From the NCBI GenBank assembly GCA_963664405.1, contig OY761158.1, positions 4,480,001 to 4,544,000 on the forward strand: DNA of 64,000 bases, read 5' to 3'. This DNA is from Thermoanaerobaculia bacterium (lineage in GTDB: Bacteria; Acidobacteriota; Thermoanaerobaculia; Multivoradales; Multivoraceae). This document shows positions 22,350-33,014 of this stretch, in pieces. Below the pieces are notes generated by a model. The model ran no database searches. It was not told the origin of the DNA and saw only the letters and a program-made list of their open reading frames with translations. The position numbers were made by a program, and so were the translations under genes. Numbering within the stretch: position 1 is the stretch's first letter; every line of letters starts with the position of its first letter.

Positions 22350-23846
22350 ACGCAGAAATCAGAACTTGATCGATCAGTTTTCCGGAACCATGCACGGCGG
22401 CGGGGTCCTCTCGCCAGCCACGGGACCGAGACACGCTCTGGTGTGTCGTTGGCGTTGTCCAAACCGATAGCCTGGTAGCCAACCGAGAACAGACCCGAGG
22501 CCGTATGAATGACGCTCACGTGAGACTGCAACGTCATGTTTCCATTGACGTTGAGGTTGAGGTACATCCAACCAAACGGGAAGGTATCTCCGAACTCCGC
22601 CACGCCTACCCGCTGTGTCCCCCAGGGGCAAACCAAGTTCGGGACAATAGTGTCGTCCGGCACCGGGGAGAAGACGTCATCAGGTATGGTAATCGTCACA
22701 GCATCTTCGTCCTCGTCGAAGATCACGACCTGGTCCTGCCCCAGCTTGCTAAATCCCACGCAGAGCCCCTCGTCTTTCATATCCTCTCCAGGCGGCTTCA
22801 GGTAGGCCCCGATCTCCCCCCCCCGCGTGGTCCTCCCCCATTCATCATAGGAGGCTCCCTCTCCGCGCTATCGCGCCAGCAGAGGACGTCGGTGCCCTCA
22901 GTGAAAGGTCCTGCGTCTTCCTCGGAGTAGCGATAGGCCCACGTCGTAGGCAGAGCCTCGCGAGAGTCCTCGCCGCATGAATGGAGCTGAGCGTCCATCC
23001 TCGCCCCTGTGGACGCCAAGTAACGGCCGTAGAAGGTGTAGCTGCCCGTCCACATCGCCGTTGGCCTCGATGTGCACCAGCGTATCGCCCTGAGCGAAGT
23101 TGCCGGTCGGATCGACCAGGAAGTAGTCACCCCAGAGCACGTTGGCAGAAGTACCGTTCTTGGTGATGGTGGTCTCCGAAGTAAGTTCGCACCCGAAGTA
23201 GCGGTGGCGGTGCTGCACGTCTTCACGTTATCGACCGTGATGTAGCCACGAGCGATGCCGTCGGCCGGATCAGAGATTCCCTGGTCGAAGGTTGCGCACA
23301 TACCGGTCTCCGTGAACCCTGCCGGGATCGGCAGCCCGGTGTGGGCATGGCGAATGAACTGCAGGTAGGCATCAGGCAGTTTGTCCGGTAACGGAATCGC
23401 CGCGCAGGGCAGCACAAAGGTCGTCATTAAACTCAGCTCACGTAACCGGAGAACCGACAACGGACCCTCTGTATCGATTTCTTTCGCTCCGCATTGCTCG
23501 GGAGCAAGGTCGGCGGCAAACGGCCCATGGCGAACAGAGACCCCAGGTTCGAGGTAATGACATCGTAACCCGTGAGGTAGACATCAAAGGTCAATGTAGG
23601 ACGGGATGCTTGGGTCCACAAGGTGATATGGGCGAGCTGGGGAGCCGCAGAGGCGTTGTTGATCGAAAACAGAGTAACGAGATCGCTACCACTGTTCTCG
23701 AGCCCCACCTCGAAGTACGGCAAAAGAAGCGTCGCCGCAGGAACGGCATCCAACGCACCGTACACTGCAAACGCCTGATTGCCAATCACCAAGAGACCGC
23801 TAATCGCCACACAGGCGATCAGTAGCTTGGCTTTCTTTGAATTCAT
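22350..23846 (-). pseudogene. Secreted S-layer-like protein, multiply frameshifted (ORFs 23433..23846, 22798..23460, 22898..23218, 22250..22780)
   Basis: Signal peptide, then DAVPAATLLLPYFEV, TLFSINNASA, FDVYLTGYDV, ARGYITVD, NVLWGDY, AQGDTLVHIEA, YTFYGRY, REALPTTW, IFDEDE, PFGWMYLNLN, FSVG blocks spread across frames; S-layer function is inferred; 3' end approximate. Confidence 0.65.
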
Positions 23847-24038
23847 TTCAGACTATCTCCAAAAATTTTCGTTCACGTCAGACGCGCTCACCGCAATGGC
23901 AAGCAACAACAACGCCCGACAACTTCTGACTTAGATTCCGTACTCCCACTTCACGCTGCGCCGAATCACCTCCTAGTAAAAGGATCGAATCTCGCTGGCC
24001 CCCTCGGGGGCGTTGTTTTCCAATAACGAGAGTTGCGT

Positions 24039-24067
24039 ACTATAGACGAGAATCTATGACGAGTCAA
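24039..24067 (-). promoter_or_regulatory. Near-consensus sigma70 promoter for the S-layer-like gene
   Basis: TTGACT-N17-TATAGT on the minus strand, about 190 nt upstream of the ATG. Confidence 0.7.
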
Positions 24068-24083
24068 GACTCCGCCTCCGTCT

Positions 24084-25948
24084 GGGTGCACGACACCAGA
24101 GTGATGAGCTGGATCCGGGTTGACGTTCCGTAGGTCTTGGCGATAGTGTTCTGACAGCTCTATAGACTGTCAGAATGGAGGCTGCTATGACCGACACTCC
24201 GCCCCGCCTTGCCGAGCTAGAGAAGCGACGCCGAGAAGTGCGAGAGCTGCTGGCCAATATCGGGGAGATGCGCCCCGGATCTTTGGTCGGACGCTACCGC
24301 AAGTGTGGCAAGCCGGGCTGCCACTGTGCTCGGCCCTCCGAGCCGGGGCATGGCCCGAGCTGGTCACTCACCCGCCGAGTCGAGGGCAAGACCGTGACCA
24401 AGGTCATCCCCCCGGGCCCAGGCGTCGAGCGCACCAGAGCGCAGATTGACGAGTGCCGGCGCTTTCGGCGCCTGGCTCGGGAGCTGATCGAGATCAGCGA
24501 GCAGCTGTGCGACGCGGCACTGCGAAGGGCGGAGGGTCCGGGGGAGCAAAAAGGGGGCTCCAGACGATTTTCGAGGCCGAGATCGCGACCGAAGTCGAGG
24601 CGCTGATCAGCCCAGAGGCGCTCGAGGCGCTCGACTTCGAGGCCTTGGAGACGAGCGCGCGCCGGCGGGCCCTCGAGCTGGCGGCACGGGCAGTGGAGCA
24701 GCGGCTCAATTCGGATCACACCGATCACGTCGGTGCGGCGGCGCCGTGCGACTGCGGTCAGACGGCTCGCTACGCCGGTCGTCGGGCCAAACGCTTCGAG
24801 ACCGTCCTCGGATCGATGCACCTGGAGCGGGCGTATTACGACTGTCTGCACTGTCAGAAAGGCTTCTGCCCTCGCGACCGTGTGCTGGGTCTCGAAGGCC
24901 GCTCGCTGTCGCCGGCCGTCACCCGGATGGTGGGCACCGTCGGTGCCCTGGTGAGCTTCCAGGAGGGCAGCGAGCTTCTCTCGGAGCTTTCGGGGATCGA
25001 GGTCGGCGCCAAACAGGTGGAGCGCACCTCGGAGGCCTTGGGGCGCGAGATTGCGGCCTACGAGCAACAGGTCATCGAGCCCGTCGAGTCTTCACACATC
25101 CCGCAGACGCTCTACCTGGGAGTGGACGGCACCGGGGTGCCGATGCGCCGCTGCGAGCTTACCGGCCGCCCGGGCAAGCAGCCCGACGGATCGGCCAAGA
25201 CCCGGGAGGTGAAGCTTTGTACGCTCTGGAGCGCCGAAGCCCGCGACGACGAGGACCGCCCGGTGCGCGATCGGGGCTCGGTGAGCTACTCCGCCGCCAT
25301 CGAGACGGCGGCTACTCAGGACGTGGACTCAACCGTGGCTCCCTTCTGGCAGCGAGTCGAGCGCGAAGCGAAGCGTCGAGGCTTCGATCGTGCCCGACGC
25401 CAGGTCTTCCTCGGCGATGGGGCACTGTGGATCTGGAATCTCGCCGACGAGCTCTTTCCTCGGGCGACCCAGATCGTCGACCTCTTCCACGCCATGGAGC
25501 ACCTCAGCGAGGTGGCGCGGGCGATCTATGGAGCCTCCAGCGACCTCGCCACCGCCTGGGCTCGGCAGCGCTATGACGAGCTCGAGGCCGGAGACCTCGA
25601 CGCCCTTCTCGGAGTCCTCCGTACGCACCAGACCAGCTGTGAGGAGGCTCGCAAGGCGGCGGCGTACTTCCAACGCAACCAACACCGTATGCGCTACCAT
25701 CGCTTCCGCGCCAAAGGGCTCTGCACCTCGACCGGCGTCGTTGAAGCCGGGTGCAAGGTCGTCGTCGGCCACCGCCTCAAGCGCGCTGGGATGCACTGGA
25801 GCCTCAACGGCGCTAACGCCATCCTGGCTCTGCGCTGTGCGAGGCTCAGCGGCCGATTCGAGATGTTCTGGAACTCCACACACCGCTGCCGACACACTGC
25901 GTAACAGCCGCACCCAACCACCTCATCTCACAAATCTGACGTACACCC
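24084..25948 (+). mobile_element. ISKra4-family IS, apparently complete (DUF6788-like ORF plus transposase joined at an AAAAAGGGGG slippery site)
   Basis: ORF1 RKCGKPGCHC...GHGP; ORF2 YLGVDGTG, FLGDGALWIW, VDLFHAMEH, STGVVEAGCK..RLKRAGMHWS; imperfect IRs GGGTGYACG; flanks CTCCGTCT and CTCCGGCT. Confidence 0.88.
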
Positions 25949-27640
25949 CTCCGGCTCAGACTGGGTTGGCGCTGCCGGCTGCGAGCGCCACACCCTCAGA
26001 GCACCGCCCGAGGGACAGATAGCCGGTCGGCCCAGACTGGTGAGAAGGTCTCCGCCTTCGCCGGAAAAACCGGCGAGAAGGTCGTCGCGACCATCGCCGT
26101 CGAGATCCCTGAGCATGAGACCGTAGCCCCGGCAGGTGGAAGGAGGGTCGAGCTCCGGCGAGGTCTCGCGCACGAAGCCCCCGGTGCCGTCGCCCAGATA
26201 GACCAAGAGCTTGCCGTCCTCGGTGCTGGCCGCCAGGTCCAGGTGGCCGTCGGCGTCGAGATCTCCGGTTGCCAGCGACCATATGTTGTCGTCGCCCTCG
26301 ACGCTCAGAACAACGCTGCGCACCCACTCGCCGGCATCGCCGATGTGGTGGAACTCGAGCCCGCGCCGCGAGATACCCTCCCACCGGGTGGCGAAGCTCG
26401 TCACCAAGTCGTCGGACCCGTCCTCGTTGAAATCGCCCGCGCTAATGCCGAAGACCCACCCGAACTTCCGCAGAGAGGAGAGCTCCGCAGCCTCGAAGCC
26501 TTCGCCCGTGTTGAGGTGGAGGATCTCCCTGGTTCCCGAATTGTAGGTCTCGGTGGCGATGTCGACGAGCTGATCCTGGTTGAAGTCTCCCAAGACGAAA
26601 GTGTCACCGAAAACACCGCCGGTGCTGCCTTCGGAGATCGCCTTCCAGCCGGCCTCACCGGCATTGAGGAAGATGGCGAGGCCGTAAGACCGAGTGACGG
26701 GGATCCCCCTGAGCTTCTTGCCTGCCGTCGCCGGTCGCGCGCCCTCGCCCAGGGCGAGGAAGTCGGGGCGCCCATCCTGGTTCCAATCCGCCAGCTTGAC
26801 GCTGCGGCTGGTGAAACCCGTCGCATCTCCACCGGCGCCCGGTACGCTCAGCGGGAGACCTTGCGAGGCATCGCGAAACTGCCCCGGCCGCTCCTGGGCC
26901 AACACCATCAGGCCTCTGAGGTGGAAGCCCATGGCAATGTCCAAGAGACCGTTTTGGTCGACATCGGCTACCGCCACGTCGCCGTAGTTGTAGGGGGCCT
27001 CGGGGAACGAGGCCTCCCACCGGCTCCAGCTGCCTTGACCGTTGCCGAGAAATACGACCGGGGGTGAGATGACCTTACGCGGAGTGCTGTGGATGATGTC
27101 GAGAAAGCCGTCGTTGTTGATATCCGCTACGTCGAAGCCATTGCGCCACTGCCCCGCTCGCGGCAGCCCCTCGTCGAAGCTCTCGAAGCGCAGACGATCG
27201 TCGCGACGATCTTCGAATGCATAGCTGGCGGCGACCTCCGCCAGCCGCTCTTCCTGCCTCTTGCGCTTGAGAGCCAGGCCACGCTCGGTGTCTTCCCGAG
27301 GTACCGGGCGGCCCAGCTTGAGGTAGAAAAAATCGCCGTCTTCGTCGAAGATTTCCCAGGCAAAGAAGCGCTGATAGCGTACGCGCCTTCCCTCGCCCTC
27401 CAGCAAGTAGGGCTCCGTCTTCGAGAAACGGGCGATGTAATAACGGCGCCCGTCGGAGTCCTCGAGCCACTCATCCTCTCCCAGCGGCCAGTGGCGCACG
27501 AGTGCGTCCAAGGGATCTTTCTCTGTCGTCGCTTGAGTCTCGACTGCGCGCGACGGAACGACACCGAGAAGAATGACAACGCCTAGCGTCACCGCCCGAG
27601 ACCGACGAAGATAGCGAATCACTCTGCTGCCGCGGGACAT
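25928..27640 (-). CDS. Secreted FG-GAP/VCBS repeat protein
   Basis: About 6 repeats such as ADINNDGFLDI, ADVDQNGLLDI, GDFNQDQLVDI, GDLDADGHLDL; start codon uncertain. Confidence 0.85.
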   Translation of the reverse strand: MSRGSRVIRYLRRSRAVTLGVVILLGVVPSRAVETQATTEKDPLDALVRHWPLGEDEWLEDSDGRRYYIARFSKTEPYLLEGEGRRVRYQRFFAWEIFDEDGDFFYLKLGRPVPREDTERGLALKRKRQEERLAEVAASYAFEDRRDDRLRFESFDEGLPRAGQWRNGFDVADINNDGFLDIIHSTPRKVISPPVVFLGNGQGSWSRWEASFPEAPYNYGDVAVADVDQNGLLDIAMGFHLRGLMVLAQERPGQFRDASQGLPLSVPGAGGDATGFTSRSVKLADWNQDGRPDFLALGEGARPATAGKKLRGIPVTRSYGLAIFLNAGEAGWKAISEGSTGGVFGDTFVLGDFNQDQLVDIATETYNSGTREILHLNTGEGFEAAELSSLRKFGWVFGISAGDFNEDGSDDLVTSFATRWEGISRRGLEFHHIGDAGEWVRSVVLSVEGDDNIWSLATGDLDADGHLDLAASTEDGKLLVYLGDGTGGFVRETSPELDPPSTCRGYGLMLRDLDGDGRDDLLAGFSGEGGDLLTSLGRPAICPSGGALRVWRSQPAAPTQSEPEGCTSDL

Positions 27641-27922
27641 CTGAGCTCCTCTGGTGCCATGATCGCCTGAGATCGTGGCGGGTGACGAGGCGGTGCCGAT
27701 CGCCCCCCCCGCCGGCGGGACGAGTCGCACTCTCCCCGATCGAGCGGTCATGCTTTCACGCGGCTCGGGGGCTGTCAACGACGCGTTCTTACCTTCGGGA
27801 AACCGCCGTCGGCACTGGCGGCTCGGGTGTGTCGCCATTGACATAGAGGTGCGAACCAGGCTAGTTTATGCTATTCCGGCATGGTTCGGTCGTAGACCGA
27901 TCTATCGGTAGGCGGGAGAAGT

Positions 27923-28828
27923 GTGAGCCGAGTCGAAGAAATCCTGGACGAGTTCCGTGGTCATGTAGACGAGGGGGCGAGAGAGCTCCGCCGAGGAGAT
28001 CTCGAGTCTGCCCTGGTCTGCTTCGAGCGCGCGCTCGATTGCGCCAGGAGTAGCGACGACCCTGATCTCGTCGACCTCGCCGAGTGCAATCGCTCCGCCA
28101 TCCTGATCGAGCTCGGAGAAGAGAGGGATCAACTTCCGACGATGCGCTCGATTCTGCTGCGGAGCGCCGATGCGCAGAACTGTATGGTCGCCGCCACCAA
28201 CGCCGCCCGGGTCTACGACTTGGTGAAGGACTTCAAGAAGGCATTGTTCTACGCCCGCGTCGCTTCCAACCATGCCGATGCCGTCGGCGACGCGTCACAA
28301 CGGGCCAGTGTCGCCAACCTGGTCGGGAATCTGCTGATTGCGGACTCCGCAGTCGACAAGGCCGCCCTGAGCTACGAGCAGGCGCTCGGCATGATGCCCG
28401 ACAACGATCCGGTGTGGCGAGCCCGAGCCGTCGGTAACCTGGGCTACTGCCGGATTCTCCAGGGAAAAGTGCGCGAAGCCCTCTCTCTACTGCAGGAGAG
28501 TGTTGCGGAGCTCAGATCACTGGCCGCACGTCCGTACCTGATCTCACCCCTTCTCGATCTTGCCTTCGCTCTGTTGGAGGCCGACAAGCCAGGGCAGGCG
28601 CGACCGGTGGCGGAGGAGGGCCTTGCTCTCGCCGAAGAGCTCGAGGACCTCGACGCCCGGAAAAACGCGCTCTACCTCCTCGGCGAAGCCGCCAGCCTCG
28701 AGGGCGACATCGAAACCGCCCGCCACTGCTTCGGAGAGCTACAGCAGCGCTTCTATCCGGACAAGCCTTTCGTTTCCGAGTTCCTCCTTTCGGTCGACGT
28801 ACGCAAGGTAGTCAATCTGAGGGCATGA
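27923..28828 (+). CDS. Tetratricopeptide-repeat protein
   Basis: ALVCFERAL, AALSYEQAL, AVGNLGYCRI, ALYLLGEAA helical repeats; no signal peptide. Confidence 0.8.
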   Translation: MSRVEEILDEFRGHVDEGARELRRGDLESALVCFERALDCARSSDDPDLVDLAECNRSAILIELGEERDQLPTMRSILLRSADAQNCMVAATNAARVYDLVKDFKKALFYARVASNHADAVGDASQRASVANLVGNLLIADSAVDKAALSYEQALGMMPDNDPVWRARAVGNLGYCRILQGKVREALSLLQESVAELRSLAARPYLISPLLDLAFALLEADKPGQARPVAEEGLALAEELEDLDARKNALYLLGEAASLEGDIETARHCFGELQQRFYPDKPFVSEFLLSVDVRKVVNLRA

Positions 28829-28832
28829 CAAG

Positions 28833-30215
28833 GTGCCGATGACTCCAGCCCTCACGCCAACCCGCAAAGTGCAAGGGCTCGTTTGCGCCCTCGCTCTCGG
28901 CGCGATGGCGCTCTCGACCCCCGCCAGACCTGAGATCTCCGCCCTCGCCGGGGAGGGTGAGCTCTACACGGCTCTGGTCGCCAGCTACGGAGATCTCTTC
29001 CCGGAAGGCACGGCCTACCCGGAGGACCGCAATGTTTTGGCGCTCGAAGTCGCACATGGCGAGAGCTTCGAGCGGATCCTGGTTCCCGGAGGCGAAAGCG
29101 CTGCGTCGGGCTCCACTCCCTTCGTGGTCTACGAGGGTATAGGGGGTCGCCTCTTCTTACTGTGGGAAGGCTACAGCCACATCCACTCCAACTTGAATCT
29201 GACCAGCTTCGACGGCGTCGAATTTTCTCAGCCGCTTCTCATTTCCGGCAATCCGTTCACCAAGAAGTCGTCGCCTCAGCTTGCGGTAACCCGCGAGACC
29301 TTTGTCGAAGGCAGCGACGAAGCCGCACAACGAGTCGAAAGAACGGTGATCCACACCGTCTGGTACGAGGATGACTTCGGCGAGGTCGATCTCATCTACA
29401 GCCCGGTAGTCCTGCAAGGAGGCGCCCCCCTCGAACAGCTCCCGCCACTCTTCAATCTGGGCGACTTCGTCACCGCGCCGGGCGACGGAGCGGCTCTGGT
29501 CGGCGCCGAGCCCCCAGCCGAGCTTCTACGCAGCTTTCGCGTGCTTCGCGGCGATGGCAGGAGCGTGCTGATTGCCTTTGCAGACGCCACCACCGGGCAG
29601 CTGGTCTCCGCTCGGATCGACCTCCTACCCAGGGAGCTGAGCGAGATCGCGGACGAGCTCGAGCGTTACCTCCTCGAAGACGAGGAAGACGCTTGCGGCG
29701 CCGAATCGAAGCAACTCGCTGAACGGGGACGCGCTCACCTGGTGGTCATTGGGAGGAAGTTCAGCTCCTTCGTGCAGGACTATTTGGCGGCAGAGATCCG
29801 CACCTGGCTGGCGGAAGAAAGGCGGGCAGCCTGCAAGGAGGGCGGCGTTGGCGAGCTTGCACGGCGAGCCAGAGCACACCTGGTGATGATCGGAAAGCGG
29901 GCGCTGCATGATGGGCTTCGCAACTCAGCCGAAGGCCAGCTCAGCTATTTCTTATCGCTCGGAAGCACCGACCGCGACGACCTCGTCTTCAATATTGTCG
30001 GCCAAAGGACACTCGCTCCCGAGGTAGCAAGCGGGGCGACTCGTCTTCACGTCGGAGGCAAGGGGAGCAATCTTCTGGTCTCTTGGCTCGAAGGAGCCAG
30101 CCTGCAATACCAGGAGAGTGTAGACACAGATTGGCTTCCGGCACAGTCCCTGCGCATATGGGAAAGCTTCAGTCTCGAGCAGGCCTATCGCGCGCTGGAC
30201 GAGCGCGCGCGCTAG
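28833..30215 (+). CDS. Secreted hypothetical protein with an internal 47-aa duplication
   Basis: Signal-peptide-like N-terminus; LAERGRAHLVVIGRK and LARRARAHLVMIGKR; starts 4 nt after the TPR gene. Confidence 0.7.
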   Translation: MPMTPALTPTRKVQGLVCALALGAMALSTPARPEISALAGEGELYTALVASYGDLFPEGTAYPEDRNVLALEVAHGESFERILVPGGESAASGSTPFVVYEGIGGRLFLLWEGYSHIHSNLNLTSFDGVEFSQPLLISGNPFTKKSSPQLAVTRETFVEGSDEAAQRVERTVIHTVWYEDDFGEVDLIYSPVVLQGGAPLEQLPPLFNLGDFVTAPGDGAALVGAEPPAELLRSFRVLRGDGRSVLIAFADATTGQLVSARIDLLPRELSEIADELERYLLEDEEDACGAESKQLAERGRAHLVVIGRKFSSFVQDYLAAEIRTWLAEERRAACKEGGVGELARRARAHLVMIGKRALHDGLRNSAEGQLSYFLSLGSTDRDDLVFNIVGQRTLAPEVASGATRLHVGGKGSNLLVSWLEGASLQYQESVDTDWLPAQSLRIWESFSLEQAYRALDERAR

Positions 30216-30248
30216 GAGCGTGTCCGAGAATCGGACAGGCGAGTAGTT

Positions 30249-32261
30249 CTTAGGGTCGGCGCGGAAATAAGTTTCCAGTATCTGGGGTGACCATACCACT
30301 GCCCCCTTCTTCAGCCACCGCATAATCCTCCGGTACGCGCCTTGTTTGCAAGGTTTAGAGCTAGCATAGCCCTGCCCGCATTTGGTATAGTTTCCCCTGT
30401 CACCTCTTTTGGAAGGGGAACTATACCAAATGGTACGAGCCGAAGATCGTGATGCAACAGTGCGCGAGCTCTTGATGAGCGAACAGATGGCCACCATGGA
30501 TGAGCTCAAGGACGCCATGGGAACCCGAGCCACCATGACGGTCTACCGTTCGCTGTCTCGATTGGGCTATTTGGCCAGCTACTCGGATCGAGGGCGGTTC
30601 TATACCTTGAACGAGATTCCCGATTTCGACGATCTGGGTTTGTGGTCGTGCGGTTCGGCGAGGTTCAGTCGGCATGGCAGCCTCCTCGAAACTGCGGTGG
30701 CTGCCGTGGACCGGTCCGCTGCCGGCTATACGGCTTCTGAGCTCGAGCTCCTGCTGCAGGTCGAGGTCAAGCACGCGATGTTGCACCTCGTTCGTCGCAA
30801 GAGAATCGTACGATCCAGAGTTGGGAAGAGGTTCGTATACTTGTGCTCGGAAACAGGGCGCCGTCGTCAGCAGAAGCTGATGCGCAACGAACGGCAGGCT
30901 CTCCAGGATGTAGCTGCCAGCCTCGTTCCAGAAGTGCTCCCCGAGGAGCTCAGGGCTGCCATCGTTTTATTCTTCAGCCTGCTAGACGAACGCCAGCGGC
31001 GGCTCTTCGCTGGCCTGGAAGCGACCAAGCTCGGGCATGGCGGCGACCGGAAGATCGCCGATCTTCTGGACCTGGACCCTCATACAGTCGCAAAAGGACG
31101 TCGCGAGCTCTTCGGCGGCTCCGTGGAGCGCGGAAGAGTTCGAAGAGCAGGCGGTGGCAACCAACGAGTGGAAAAAAAACGCCCGAGATAGTCGATGGAA
31201 TCCATTCCATACTCGAGGCCGATATAGCTGGTGATCCCATGTCATCAAAAGATGGACGCACGAGACCGCTGCAAAGGGTGGCCCAATGCCTTGCCGAACG
31301 CCTTGACATCATCGTATCGGCTACGGTGGTGCGTCGATTGCTCGCAGACCTGAACTATTCCCTCAAGAGCAATAGGAAATGTCTGTCTTCGGGGAACTCC
31401 CCAGATCGTGATGCACAGTTCAAGGCCATCAAGCGACTGCGCGAGGATTTCACAAGCGCTGGCGACCCGATCATCAGCGTCGATACGAAGAAGAAGGAGC
31501 TGATCGGTCGGTTCAAGAACCAGGGACAGACATGGTGCCGCGAGGCCAAGCGGGTCAAGGATCACGACTTCCGGTCCGAAGCTCTCGCCATCGCCTCCCC
31601 CTATGGGATCTACGATCTTCAGAGGAACTTCGGCGTTCTCGTCGTCGGACAGTCGTCGGACACGCCGGAGTTCGCCGTCAACAGCATCGCGACCTGGTGG
31701 CTCAACTACGGTCGATCTCAGTATCCGGCGGCTCAGCGTCTCCTCATTCTTGCTGACAGCGGCGCAAGCAACGGCGCACGGCTTCGAGCCTGGAAGAAGT
31801 ACCTCCAGGAGAAGCTCTCAGACAAGTGCGGCCTCATCATCACCGTAGCCCACTATCCAACCGGCACCAGTAAATGGAATCCCATCGAGCACAGGATGTT
31901 CAGCGAGATCAGCAAGAACTGGGCCGGAGTTCCTCTCGAGAGTTTCGAGATCCTGGTCAACCTCGTCCGCAACACGACGACATCCACCGGACTGCGCGTC
32001 GAGCCGTGCCGTGATCAACGCCAATACGAGAAAGGGGTCAGGGTATCGGACAAGGAAATGCTGCAGCTCGCGGTGGCCAGGAGCGACTTCCTAGGAAAGT
32101 GGAACTACACCCTCTCGCCGAGACCGCGAACCGAGCAGCAAGAGCTTGCCCCACAGCCTGGGCTCAGCTCACCACCACCTCCAATGCAGCGACCGCCCTG
32201 TGGCGCCTCGGCCTCACACGCTCCGGCGATAATGTGAAGTTATTTCCGCGCCGACCCTAAG
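30249..32261 (+). mobile_element. ISAzo13-family IS (two ORFs joined by a -1 shift at A8, 31172-31179)
   Basis: 22-bp perfect inverted repeat CTTAGGGTCGGCGCGGAAATAA; LDERQRRLFAGLEA, ISVDTKKKELIG, HDF, HYPTGTSKWNPIEHRMFS. Confidence 0.9.
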
Positions 32262-32539
32262 CGAGATGCCTCGATACAAAAGATCGCACCCACGCCTTGC
32301 GCGCAGACCACCGCCACCAGCCGCTCGAAGCCCGGTCGCTCGACCTGGCCGCCCGCGGAGCGTCCGAGGTCCTCGTCGATGACGACCACGTCCTTGAATC
32401 CTAGCTCGGAGGCGCGGTCCTTCAGTGCGTACTGACGCCGCTGACTCTCTCGGTTGTGGGCGACCTGCAGCGACGTCGACTGGCGAACGTACACCATGGC
32501 AGAGCGGCTCAGATGCTCACTCGTGATCTTGGCACTCAT
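32262..32539 (-). pseudogene. Large serine recombinase N-terminus truncated by ISAzo13
   Basis: AMVYVRQST..QV..NRESQRRQY, IDEDLGRSA, RPGFERLV, EASRL. Confidence 0.85.
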
Positions 32540-32541
32540 CC

Positions 32542-33014
32542 TCACCCCTCTCCCGATGGTCTATCTCCTGCGCCTGTAGTGCCGCGTGGATCAGCAGATC
32601 GATCAGAGCGTCCACCAACTCGCAGTGGCGAGCCGGCGTCAGCATCTCCGTCTCTGCCCTCGGTAGCGGCAACCGAATCTGCACGTTGCCCTGTAGAGCT
32701 CTCGTTGCTCGCATCAGCAGCCTCCTCCTGTGGTCCTAGGGAAGCCAGCTTGTCGCAGACCGGTGCGAGGACAGAGTCGAGCAGCGAGCTGAGCTCGCCA
32801 AGCGCAACGAGCGACGCCATCGGCGGTCCCTCGTCGAAGCTCTCGCACAGCCTCGAGTCCGCCATCCAGGCTGGCAGCTCCGCCAATGTGCCGTCGGGCA
32901 GCTCGCAGGTCAAGAGCCGCTGATCGCGTCTACGGCTGTGTTTATGAACCACGAGAACCGAGCCGTACCGCGGATGCCAGCGGTAGCGGATCTCGACCTT
33001 CCTGCCAACGTGAG
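32542..33014 (-). pseudogene. Small accessory genes of the recombinase module (YRWHP...LPAWM protein; overlapping 65-aa ORF 32517..32714)
   Basis: VEIRYRWHP...LAELPAWM motif of the type found upstream of such recombinases; 5' end abuts the istB fragment. Confidence 0.5.

Noticed and set aside
23990-24035. Leader hairpin as a known riboswitch
   Set aside because: No match to aptamer consensus sequences I can recognise; an Rfam scan would be needed.
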